Below, in pieces: positions 18,338 to 26,929 of a stretch of DNA of 64,000 nucleotides. The position numbers and the translations under genes are program-made. Source of the DNA: Candidatus Thermosaccharophagus tengchongensis. Its GTDB lineage: Bacteria; Armatimonadota; Fervidibacteria; Fervidibacterales; Thermosaccharophagaceae. The notes beneath the pieces were generated by a model. It worked only from the letters and a program-made list of their open reading frames with translations. It made no database searches and was not told the origin of the DNA. The stretch lies in NCBI GenBank assembly GCA_032161105.1, contig JAVHTD010000016.1, one strand, 5' to 3'. How positions within the stretch are numbered: position 1 is the first letter of the stretch; the number at the start of each line of letters is the position of its first letter.

Positions 18338-19303
18338 TCACACCTTGCCGTATTTTCTCGTGTAGTTCGCGTTCTCGGTGACCTCATCTGTGAAGCGTGG
18401 ATACATGCCCACAATTACGGCGTCCGTTTTCTTGATTTTCTCAAAGGCATACCTGAAGGCACTCTCAACTTGAGCCTTTGACCAACACTTCCGCCCGGCT
18501 GCGAGTATTTTAAATCCGAGGCATGGCTTGTTAACGCTCCTCATAACCGCCGTCATCTCATCGGGATCGGATTCAAAGAACGGTTCATCAACTGGCACCT
18601 TACCGAGCTGCTTCAACATTTCCTCCCTCGGGCGAGTGACATAGTAGAAGCAACACATGAAGAAGTCGTTTTCCCAACCCTCATCCATGATGCGTTTAAT
18701 CACCTCAGGGTTGTGCGCTGACACACCGGCGAGTGCTCCATGGTCATGAACCTTCTTCACGAAGTCGTGCACCTGCTGCGCCTTGCCAGCCCTGAAAAGC
18801 GCGTCTGTGACACCGCCGTGATGGGCTATAGCTATCGGCTTAAGCTTCATCACTTCCCTTATGGGCACATCCGTTGGGCGCTCCGCATGCAGGCATATAA
18901 GCTGTATTTGGCAGCCCCGTTCTCTGGCAATCTGAATGGCTTTGACTGTCTTGTCGGTGTAATCAAATTGCCATGTGTTGATACCTTGGCGCTCGCAGTG
19001 AATGAGGAATTCAGCCGTCCTCTCTGCGGTAAACCACTCGCGCATGTGCACGGACATGTGCCATGTTGAATGCGAATGCCCACCTATTGGGTTATAGCCG
19101 GCTATAAGCCTTGTGACTTTGTATTCTCCGAGCCTGATCGTCGGGAGCAATTCTTTCGCCGGCTCCTTAGACCAGTGGCTGATTTCCTCATCCTTACCAA
19201 TAGCTGTCGTTGCGGCGATAGCCAGAGCACCAATGGAAGACAGGAAAGCCCTCCTTGAAGCTGCGTCTTTGAATTCGGTGACACTGTCAAACTGCTGCCC
19301 CAT
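18338..19303 (-). CDS. Tat-exported aldo/keto-reductase-like TIM-barrel protein
   Basis: SRRAFL signal; LPTIRLG...VTRLIAG.NP, GVSAHNP, PCLGFKILAAGR, AF.YAF..IK..D.V.VGMYP. ATG at 19303 with GAGGTGA. Confidence 0.7.
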   Translation of the reverse strand: MGQQFDSVTEFKDAASRRAFLSSIGALAIAATTAIGKDEEISHWSKEPAKELLPTIRLGEYKVTRLIAGYNPIGGHSHSTWHMSVHMREWFTAERTAEFLIHCERQGINTWQFDYTDKTVKAIQIARERGCQIQLICLHAERPTDVPIREVMKLKPIAIAHHGGVTDALFRAGKAQQVHDFVKKVHDHGALAGVSAHNPEVIKRIMDEGWENDFFMCCFYYVTRPREEMLKQLGKVPVDEPFFESDPDEMTAVMRSVNKPCLGFKILAAGRKCWSKAQVESAFRYAFEKIKKTDAVIVGMYPRFTDEVTENANYTRKYGKV

Positions 19304-19375
19304 CGTTAAATCACCTCTCCGAGCGAAAAATGTTTCAATGGCATTGGGCGACCTATCCACAAATTATGATCCCTC

Positions 19376-19399
19376 GGCTCGCTGAGGAGTTCTCCCTCC
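19376..19399 (+). repeat. Solo degenerate arm of the REP-like element found at 39374-39439
   Basis: GGCTCGCTGAGGAGTTCTCCCTCC vs GGCTCACCGGGAGGTTCGCCCTCC, 18 of 24 identical by eye; intergenic. Confidence 0.45.
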
Positions 19400-19400
19400 T

Positions 19401-21368
19401 TCACTCGTTGAATCGGTAAACCTCTTTGTCAAACAGCACCCCGTATAAGTTCCACAGCCCACCGCTGACGAAATCACCAATGACTAACCCGATGAAGAAA
19501 TTGCGAGCCGTGTAATAGGCAATGGATGAGCCATATCGTATCACCGCAGCCTTGCACATCCACGCGATGAACATGGGAAACCAAACCATCTCCATTGACC
19601 ATGTCCCAGAGACCGCATAGCCGACTGGATGCAATGGAAAGTTGATGAAGTTAGAGCGAAGGAAGTGAAGCAGCCAGACAAAGCCGCCCCCACCAATGAC
19701 GAAGCACATCGCACCATAGTTTGGCTTACGCTCAACGCTCAGCCATGGGATGAGATACCAGTTGTATGCCTCCCATCCAAAGCCTCTCTGAGCACCGCCG
19801 ACTTTTGAAGATGCAGCACCAAGACGATAGTATGGGATGAGAAGCGCATAGCATGATGACGGTATCCCGAGAAGGATGGCTATCCACAGCGCGAGCCACA
19901 TTGATTTTCCGATGCCGATACGCTCGCCTATCACGAGCCCTTCCATTGCTGTGGGCATCGGGTGGCTTCGCTGTGCCCTTGTGAACCAGTAGTAGAGAGT
20001 GAAGACTGTCAATGTCTTCGGTGTGAAAGGTTTTGTGCCGACCATCTGAACCATGACCACACCCGGGTTGGCGAAGTGAAGGTCATGGACTGGCGCCCCA
20101 AACTCACCGCGCAGCCTTGCGACAGTTATTGAAACGAGCGCATAGGAGACGAAAAAGATGGTGGCATATTGCGGTTGCATCCCCGCATGTATGCTGAACC
20201 AAACTGTGAAGGCATACCCAAACACGACAAGCATCCATGCCATCTTCGGCGAAATGACAAATCGCTCGCCCACGCGCGAGCCGAACTTGAGCGTCTCAAC
20301 GAGGTGTTTCCTCGCCGTCCAAAGCGTCAGCAAGCCCAAGCCGACATACGCGCCGAAGGATTGCTCATGTGGGTATGGCGGATTCCCTATACCCCCCGTC
20401 GGATAGCCAAATGCAGCCACAATAACACGCTGCATCTTCCAGACGAGATAAAAGAACCAACTTGAAAAGAGCAAATCGGTCGGGAGAAGGAAGCCAATGC
20501 CAATGGCAAATGGGAAGAAGTTAATCGGCGTCCAGCCGAGGGCATTCCACGGGCGCGATGTGATGTATGTGCCGAGGTTAATCTTGTGGGTGTGCATCTC
20601 TGGAACGGACGGAAACATCACATGCAAGTTATTAAGCGTGTTCACAAATGCCGGGATGGCAAAGCCGAGCCAGAAGAGATTGTTGCGATACATGCCCATT
20701 TCGGTTATGTGGAGGGCGAAATGAGCCAAAGGGAAGGAGAGCTTCTCACGCTGCACCCACTGCGGTATCAACAGGATGCATAGCCCCATGAACATGGCAA
20801 GCATAGCGAGCCAAAAGCACCACCACCACGCCAATGGGCGAAGCCATGCAAGAAAGTTCTGTGCCCTCCAAACTGTGGAGCCACCAACATACATGTCCCG
20901 CAGCGCCGCAAAGTCGGTCACCACGATCCAGCTGGGCAAATTCGGCATGATCAAATCCTCGTATCTATTGGTCGGAGCTTTGAAGTAATGCACATGCCCA
21001 ATGACTGATAGCAGAACTTGCGATTGGTCATGCCCGACAAGAGCGCTGCCAACACCAAGGGAAAAATAAATGACGAGCAGTTCGGCTCGCGTGAATGGCG
21101 CTCTCTTGAACGCCATCAGGCAAAGCCTGTTCAACCAATACAGCGCGAGGAGAAGGAGCACAGTGTTGAAGTAGAGCGAATAAGTCGTAGGATGCCCAGT
21201 CCACTTAACAGCCTCCATCCAGCCAACCCAATAGGCATTCAGGGGGATGAGCAGGGCTGAAACTGCGAAGGCTCTGAGCCGCACAACTTCCCTCTCTTCC
21301 AGTTGGCGCAGAAGTTCAACTCGGCTCGCTGTCACGAGTGAACATCTCCGCTGAGTGGGCTCTCGCAA
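19401..21368 (-). CDS. DUF6785/DUF6784-type multi-pass membrane protein, paralog 3
   Basis: FTRAELLVIY, QWVQREKLSFPL, PYPHEQSFGAY, RLRGEFG, FPLHPVGY, FFIGLVIGD. Start uncertain. Confidence 0.78.
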   Translation of the reverse strand: MREPTQRRCSLVTASRVELLRQLEEREVVRLRAFAVSALLIPLNAYWVGWMEAVKWTGHPTTYSLYFNTVLLLLALYWLNRLCLMAFKRAPFTRAELLVIYFSLGVGSALVGHDQSQVLLSVIGHVHYFKAPTNRYEDLIMPNLPSWIVVTDFAALRDMYVGGSTVWRAQNFLAWLRPLAWWWCFWLAMLAMFMGLCILLIPQWVQREKLSFPLAHFALHITEMGMYRNNLFWLGFAIPAFVNTLNNLHVMFPSVPEMHTHKINLGTYITSRPWNALGWTPINFFPFAIGIGFLLPTDLLFSSWFFYLVWKMQRVIVAAFGYPTGGIGNPPYPHEQSFGAYVGLGLLTLWTARKHLVETLKFGSRVGERFVISPKMAWMLVVFGYAFTVWFSIHAGMQPQYATIFFVSYALVSITVARLRGEFGAPVHDLHFANPGVVMVQMVGTKPFTPKTLTVFTLYYWFTRAQRSHPMPTAMEGLVIGERIGIGKSMWLALWIAILLGIPSSCYALLIPYYRLGAASSKVGGAQRGFGWEAYNWYLIPWLSVERKPNYGAMCFVIGGGGFVWLLHFLRSNFINFPLHPVGYAVSGTWSMEMVWFPMFIAWMCKAAVIRYGSSIAYYTARNFFIGLVIGDFVSGGLWNLYGVLFDKEVYRFNE

Positions 21369-21424
21369 CCCCCGATAAGCGATTCAACCAATCGCCCACG
21401 CATCCGCTAAAAGATCAAGTTCCA

Positions 21425-22312
21425 TCAACTCACCCCGGAACGAATTATCATTGTGCCGATGCCCTCGTCAGTGAACAACTCCATCAAGAGCGCATGCGGT
21501 ATAGCACCGCTGATTATATGCGCTTTCTCAACACCGCCCTTGAGCGCCTCAATGCACGCTTGGACTTTCGGGATCATGCCCTCACCTATGACGCCCTCTT
21601 CAATCAGTCTGAGAGCATCCTCATCGGTGAGCGTTGAAATCAGCGTCAACTCATCATTCTGGTCACGGCATATCCCGCGCACATCGGTAAGCACAATCAA
21701 CTTCGCCGCATGAATGGCGGCTGCCAACTTGCCAGCAACATGATCGGCATTCAGGTTCAGCGTCTTGCCATCCTTATCGCTGCCGATTGAAGCGATCACC
21801 GGTATATAGCCGTTGTCAATAAGCACCCTTAGGACATCGGTATTGATGCTCTCCACTTCGCCGACGAAGCCCAAGTCAACACCTTCGGTCTCGTCTGGGG
21901 TCAGGCGGCGAGCGGTGAACAGGTTGCCATCCTTCCCACTTAACCCGATCGCCCTTGCGCCATTTTGATTGAACAGCTCAACAAGCTCCTTATTCACACT
22001 GCCAGTGAGGACCATCTCAACTATCCTGACTGTTTCCTCATCAGTGACTCTCAACCCGCCGACGAATTTCGGCTGCTTGCCCATTTGCCTCATCACTTCG
22101 TTTATCTCAGGACCTCCGCCGTGAACAAGCACCGGCTTTATCCCGACATAGTGCAACAGGACAATGTCAGCAATGACCTGCTTCTTTAACTTCTCGTCAA
22201 CCATAGCCTTACCGCCATACTTGATCACGATATGCTTCCCGTAAAAGTGCCGTATGTATGGCAACGCCTCAATTAACACCTGAGCGCGCTTTTGAAGTTC
22301 ATCGTTGATCAT
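21425..22312 (-). CDS. argB: Acetylglutamate kinase
   Basis: LIEALPYI, VIKYGG.AM, VHGGGPEI, GLRVTD, GLSGKDG, NLNAD, GMIPKV, ELFTDEGIGTM. Confidence 0.98.
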   Translation of the reverse strand: MINDELQKRAQVLIEALPYIRHFYGKHIVIKYGGKAMVDEKLKKQVIADIVLLHYVGIKPVLVHGGGPEINEVMRQMGKQPKFVGGLRVTDEETVRIVEMVLTGSVNKELVELFNQNGARAIGLSGKDGNLFTARRLTPDETEGVDLGFVGEVESINTDVLRVLIDNGYIPVIASIGSDKDGKTLNLNADHVAGKLAAAIHAAKLIVLTDVRGICRDQNDELTLISTLTDEDALRLIEEGVIGEGMIPKVQACIEALKGGVEKAHIISGAIPHALLMELFTDEGIGTMIIRSGVS

Positions 22313-22574
22313 GCCTCATCACCAACGCGTTCCGAGTTCACCTTATGCATTGGGTAATTAATGAAGCACCTTGAGCACAACCCCTTTCGCCAAACAAGCT
22401 TAACGCACATCATCTCCGCCATCCCAAGTCAACAACCGCAGATTGCTTCCGCTCAGGTTGGTAAGCGGCAGCTTGCCCCAATGCCAATTTCAATTGGCTC
22501 AATTGGGGAGCCGCTTTAAAGCACCATTGAAATGTGCCACTACTACCTTGCGCCGCTATCATTGACTATAGTTA

Positions 22575-24218
22575 ATGCCAAATCCCCTGCCAAGTGCCGA
22601 TAACGCCATGACCCATAAGGAGGTGAAATTCGCGCTGAGTCGCATTCATCTTTTCATCGCGGTGCTTGTCCTCGTTGCGTCTCTAATTAGGCTCGGTTTT
22701 GTTACCAGACAAAGCCTTTGGATTGACGAAGCATTCACAGTGAGTTGGTGCTCTGAGAGCCTGCCAAGGATGCTTAAACGGATAGCCAGTGAAGACCGCC
22801 ATCCGCCATTGTATTGCTTGCTCTCATACCCAATCATGCATATCTCAAACTGCACATCATGCCCGTTTGAGTCCGCCGGCAAATGCGAAGCTTTAGTGAG
22901 ATTGGTCTCTGTCATCTCCGGCAGCGCGCTCATTTTGGTCACAGCCTTAATTGGGACGCGCATCGGTGGCATTGCATGCGCATTGCTATCCGCATGCCTG
23001 CTTATGGTTCACCCCGGTGCAATTCATTTCTCGCAAGATGCGCGCCCATACATGTTGCACGCCTTACTGTCAGCGCTTGCGTGCCTGCTTTGGATTGATG
23101 CTTTGAAGCGTCGGGACGAAGGAGCGGGGAGCAAGTATGGGGGAACCAACATACAGCTATCAAGATATGTTGCGCTATGCATCGTCAGTTTGCTCAGTCT
23201 GTATTCGTGCTACATGGCATTTGTTCCTTGGCTTGCACGAGTGCTCTGTGCAAGCGCACTACTTAAGCGGAGGAAAGACCGCACCTACTCATACTTGGTT
23301 GCTGCTGACATCATCGCTGCGAGTGCGCTCATGCTATGGCTTGCGTTTGTCCTTTCACAGCCAAATGTTATGGGCACGAAAGTGACACCGACCAAAACTG
23401 GAATTGCAGTAACCATGGCTTTTGTAATGAATGACTTTGTCGGATATGAATACGGTTTAAGCCATGCTTCAGCACCCATCCTCACACTCACGCTTATATC
23501 GTCCGTTACTTGCTTGATCATTCTCGCTGTCACCGCATACACCGCATTGCGCAACGCTGCCCGAAGCAATGGAGAGCAAAGCGATGAGGCATTGAAACTG
23601 ATGCTCGTATGGTTAGCTATGCACTTGGCTTTGCTGCTCATAGCGCCATCGCTCATGGGCGAATTCAATCGCTGGCAACGCATCATTGACGGCATAGTCC
23701 CACTCTCACTCTTGCTCGCCTATAGTGCCGTGCATGTGCACCCAGCCGCAAGTTCACCATTCAGAAGGCTTATCACAGCCAATGCGAGGCTAATGGTTGC
23801 CATCTTGCTCGTGCTCCATTGCGTTGGGACATACAACCAATTCCACGATAGCCATTATTTCCGTGAGGACTGGCGCGGTGCTGCTCAATTTGCCATGGCA
23901 CATGAGGATGAATTTGACTTCATTGTCCTCAACGCGCCTGTAGGGAGCCTCGCATTTAGGCTCTACTACAGCGGGCAAAGGAAGTTTGAAGATGTGCCAC
24001 CACTTGTGACCAACGCTGAGCGAAAGAGAGCAAGCACATGGCTGCAAAAGCTCCTAAGCAGGCACAAACGCATACTCGTGATTGAGTGCAGGTCTTGGTT
24101 GATTGACCCAACTGGTTGGTTGAGTGCACAGCTTAAAAGGCGCGCAAGACCAATTGCAAGATGGCATAGCTCAAAGATCAGCGCAATAGTTTGGGAGGTG
24201 AGAAAGACCGAAGATTAG
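22575..24218 (+). CDS. GT-C fold membrane glycosyltransferase (GT39/PMT-like)
   Basis: QSLWIDEAFT, DRHPPLY, RL.SV..G, SQDARPY, REDWRGAA; many TM helices. Confidence 0.8.
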   Translation: MPNPLPSADNAMTHKEVKFALSRIHLFIAVLVLVASLIRLGFVTRQSLWIDEAFTVSWCSESLPRMLKRIASEDRHPPLYCLLSYPIMHISNCTSCPFESAGKCEALVRLVSVISGSALILVTALIGTRIGGIACALLSACLLMVHPGAIHFSQDARPYMLHALLSALACLLWIDALKRRDEGAGSKYGGTNIQLSRYVALCIVSLLSLYSCYMAFVPWLARVLCASALLKRRKDRTYSYLVAADIIAASALMLWLAFVLSQPNVMGTKVTPTKTGIAVTMAFVMNDFVGYEYGLSHASAPILTLTLISSVTCLIILAVTAYTALRNAARSNGEQSDEALKLMLVWLAMHLALLLIAPSLMGEFNRWQRIIDGIVPLSLLLAYSAVHVHPAASSPFRRLITANARLMVAILLVLHCVGTYNQFHDSHYFREDWRGAAQFAMAHEDEFDFIVLNAPVGSLAFRLYYSGQRKFEDVPPLVTNAERKRASTWLQKLLSRHKRILVIECRSWLIDPTGWLSAQLKRRARPIARWHSSKISAIVWEVRKTED

Positions 24219-24342
24219 CGAGTTGGTATTGCGGTGCGCTTGATGGGCAGATGACCATCAAAGTGAAGCAGGGCATCCTAAAGCCATCAAAAGCCGTCTT
24301 TGAGGTGAACTCAGTTTCAGGAAGGGAAGAGCAACCACTGCC

Positions 24343-26739
24343 ATGAGAGTTCTCAAAGCCACATCACCGATAATTCTCCTTACCATGCTTGCAACACTAC
24401 TCCTTCGCAACCAAATCATTCTCGGTAAGGCATGGTGGTATGGTGACATCTTCACATTCTTCTACCCAGTAAGGAGCTATGTTGCTGAGCGCCTTCTCAA
24501 ACTGCAGATGCCCCTTTGGCAGCCATATTCCAACATGGGCATAGCTGCCATCGCAGAACCGCAGTATCAAGTCTTCTATCCACCATTATGGTTGACATTA
24601 CCGTTGCCAACACACTTCGGCATGGCGCTCATGCTATGGCTGCACATCCTTCTTTCGGGGTTTGCCTTGTATTTCTTCCTGCGAGTTTGCATGCGTTTGA
24701 AAAAGGCGGCATCGCTTTTTGGCGCAATCGCATACATGCTCAGCGGCTTCATTCAAGGACATATGGGTCACTTAATCCATGTGCTTGCGTATCCATATCT
24801 GCCGATACTTCTCACAGTTGTGCACAGAGCATTTGCAACTGATGGAGTTAAGAGCTCAGGATTGTGGGCTGGTGAGCGAGACGGCACAATCACTTGGGCA
24901 ACAGTTTGCGGCATTGTCATTTCGCTACAACTGCTCACCGGCTCGCAATTTGCATATTACAGCTTCCTCACAGCGATGGCATTTAGCATTTTCGCCGCTG
25001 CCCATGCTAAAGTGCGCTGGCACTCATTCGCCCTATTTTGGCTGTGCGCAATTGCGATATGCCTCAGCATCTGTGCCATACAAATGCTGCCGACACTTGA
25101 GGTGGCAAGGTTCTCAGCAAGACCTCCATCATTCAAATTTGCTTCTGACAATTCCCTCCCACCGCTTCTTTGGCTCACCTTGAGCACACTGCCGAATTAC
25201 TACGGCACATATCTGACAGGCTTTGTAACACATGGCATATGGACTGATGGAGCATCTGCATTTGTTGGACACTCAACGATCCTTCTTTCGCTCACCTGCA
25301 TTGTGGTTTCACTTAAGCGAAATCGCCTCGCCGCATTCTTTGCGATGGCGGCATTGGCATCGCTGATTATCTCATTCGGGATTTATACACCCCTTTGGAA
25401 AGTGCTCTCACCGATTGCATCTTGCATGTTTAAATTCCGCTGTCCATCAAGGTGGCTCCTCATTTACACGCTGAGCCTCTCAATCCTCTCATCAATTGGG
25501 ATGCACAATCTTCTTGAGGGCAGCGGCTTTGGAGGAACAACAAAAAGCGGGGCGAAACTTTTGCGGTTACTCCCCATCTTTGTGGTGCTGTATGCCATAT
25601 GCCTGACCGCAGTTCTGTTCCTCCACTGGAGACAATCCCAAGACGCATTTGCCCTTTGCCTTGACTCACTCTTGCTCGCCTTACTTTGGTGGTATGCCTT
25701 CTTGGCATTGCGCTGGGTGATGAGGGGCTTCTCTCACTGTGATGCGCTGCTTCTCACACTCGGATTAACTTGCGAATTATTTGTGCTCTCACTCGGGATG
25801 CACTTCTCCGCTGGCGCCAAAGGGGAGCTGATTGTGCAACCGGCAGAAGCAGCAAAATCCATCCGAGAAAATGAGCGATACTTTAGTGAGCGTTTCCCTG
25901 TAGCGCCATACTTACTTGCAAACAGATACCTTCGCATGAAGAAGTTCTCCACTCGTGAGGATGCTCTTGCAAGGGCGCAAATTGAGCTCCTCAAGCCATC
26001 CCTGAACTTGCTCACTTCAAGGCGTTCAGTTGATACAGAGGGTGAGCTTGTCTCACGCCCATTGTGGTCATTTCCCTTCGTTCGTTTTAGGGACTTGCGG
26101 CATAAGGACAACGAACGCCTATACAGGTTGGCTGGCGTAAAGTGCATCGTTTCAATCTGGCGCTATGCGAGGTTTAAGTTAAGGGCGAGGACAAAAGATG
26201 GGGTTTTCATTTACGAGGATCCAGAAGCCATGCCGTTAATTTACCTCGTTGAGAATGTTCGCATCGTGCGCACAACAAATGAGGCGATTGAGCTCATCAC
26301 AAAGCGCCCGTTCAATCCCAAGACAGAAGTTGCGCTGCTGCCAATGAGCAACATTGAAAACATGGATGGCGATGCCAAAGTCACAAATGCAAGCACAACC
26401 TCAGCTGATGTTGGGAAGGTGACTGTGAGGCGATGGGAATGTGAGGTGTGCGAGATTGAGTGCGAGGGCAAGCAGTCAAGTTGGTTAATCTGGCTTGAAT
26501 GCTTCCACCCCGGCTGGAGGGCATTCGTTGATGGGAGACAGACAAGCATCCACTGTGCCAATGGCGCATTCATGGCTGTGAGAGTTGGCTCTGGCAGGCA
26601 CAGGATAACATTTGCCTTCCTTCCAACGAGCTACTCAGTCGGTGCATTCATTACGCTATGCACAATCTCCGCCCTCATCGGTATTAGTATCTTCCGCTTG
26701 GTGATGCGCTTCAAAGCGAGTAACAGCAGCCATCATTGA
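24343..26739 (+). CDS. YfhO-family membrane glycosyltransferase
   Basis: GD...FFYP, PLWQPY..MG...AEPQ..VFYPP, AY..SG, IQMLPT.E....S.R, FR.PSRW, C-terminal HPGWRAFVDG....I..ANG.FMAV.V..G.H.I.F.F.P. Confidence 0.85.
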   Translation: MRVLKATSPIILLTMLATLLLRNQIILGKAWWYGDIFTFFYPVRSYVAERLLKLQMPLWQPYSNMGIAAIAEPQYQVFYPPLWLTLPLPTHFGMALMLWLHILLSGFALYFFLRVCMRLKKAASLFGAIAYMLSGFIQGHMGHLIHVLAYPYLPILLTVVHRAFATDGVKSSGLWAGERDGTITWATVCGIVISLQLLTGSQFAYYSFLTAMAFSIFAAAHAKVRWHSFALFWLCAIAICLSICAIQMLPTLEVARFSARPPSFKFASDNSLPPLLWLTLSTLPNYYGTYLTGFVTHGIWTDGASAFVGHSTILLSLTCIVVSLKRNRLAAFFAMAALASLIISFGIYTPLWKVLSPIASCMFKFRCPSRWLLIYTLSLSILSSIGMHNLLEGSGFGGTTKSGAKLLRLLPIFVVLYAICLTAVLFLHWRQSQDAFALCLDSLLLALLWWYAFLALRWVMRGFSHCDALLLTLGLTCELFVLSLGMHFSAGAKGELIVQPAEAAKSIRENERYFSERFPVAPYLLANRYLRMKKFSTREDALARAQIELLKPSLNLLTSRRSVDTEGELVSRPLWSFPFVRFRDLRHKDNERLYRLAGVKCIVSIWRYARFKLRARTKDGVFIYEDPEAMPLIYLVENVRIVRTTNEAIELITKRPFNPKTEVALLPMSNIENMDGDAKVTNASTTSADVGKVTVRRWECEVCEIECEGKQSSWLIWLECFHPGWRAFVDGRQTSIHCANGAFMAVRVGSGRHRITFAFLPTSYSVGAFITLCTISALIGISIFRLVMRFKASNSSHH

Positions 26740-26929
26740 TTGCACATGAAAGCCCATGAAAAGAGCCCTTTCAATTCATCCGTGATGACTCTTCTCAGCT
26801 TGCCCGCATGCTGTCTCTTGAACCGCATGCACATTATGGCGTCAAAATGGAAGGACACTTGGAGCCAAGACAGAATTGGAACTTGCCGTTTGCGACATCG
26901 GGACACTGCTTTGAAGGGGGCAATTAGCG

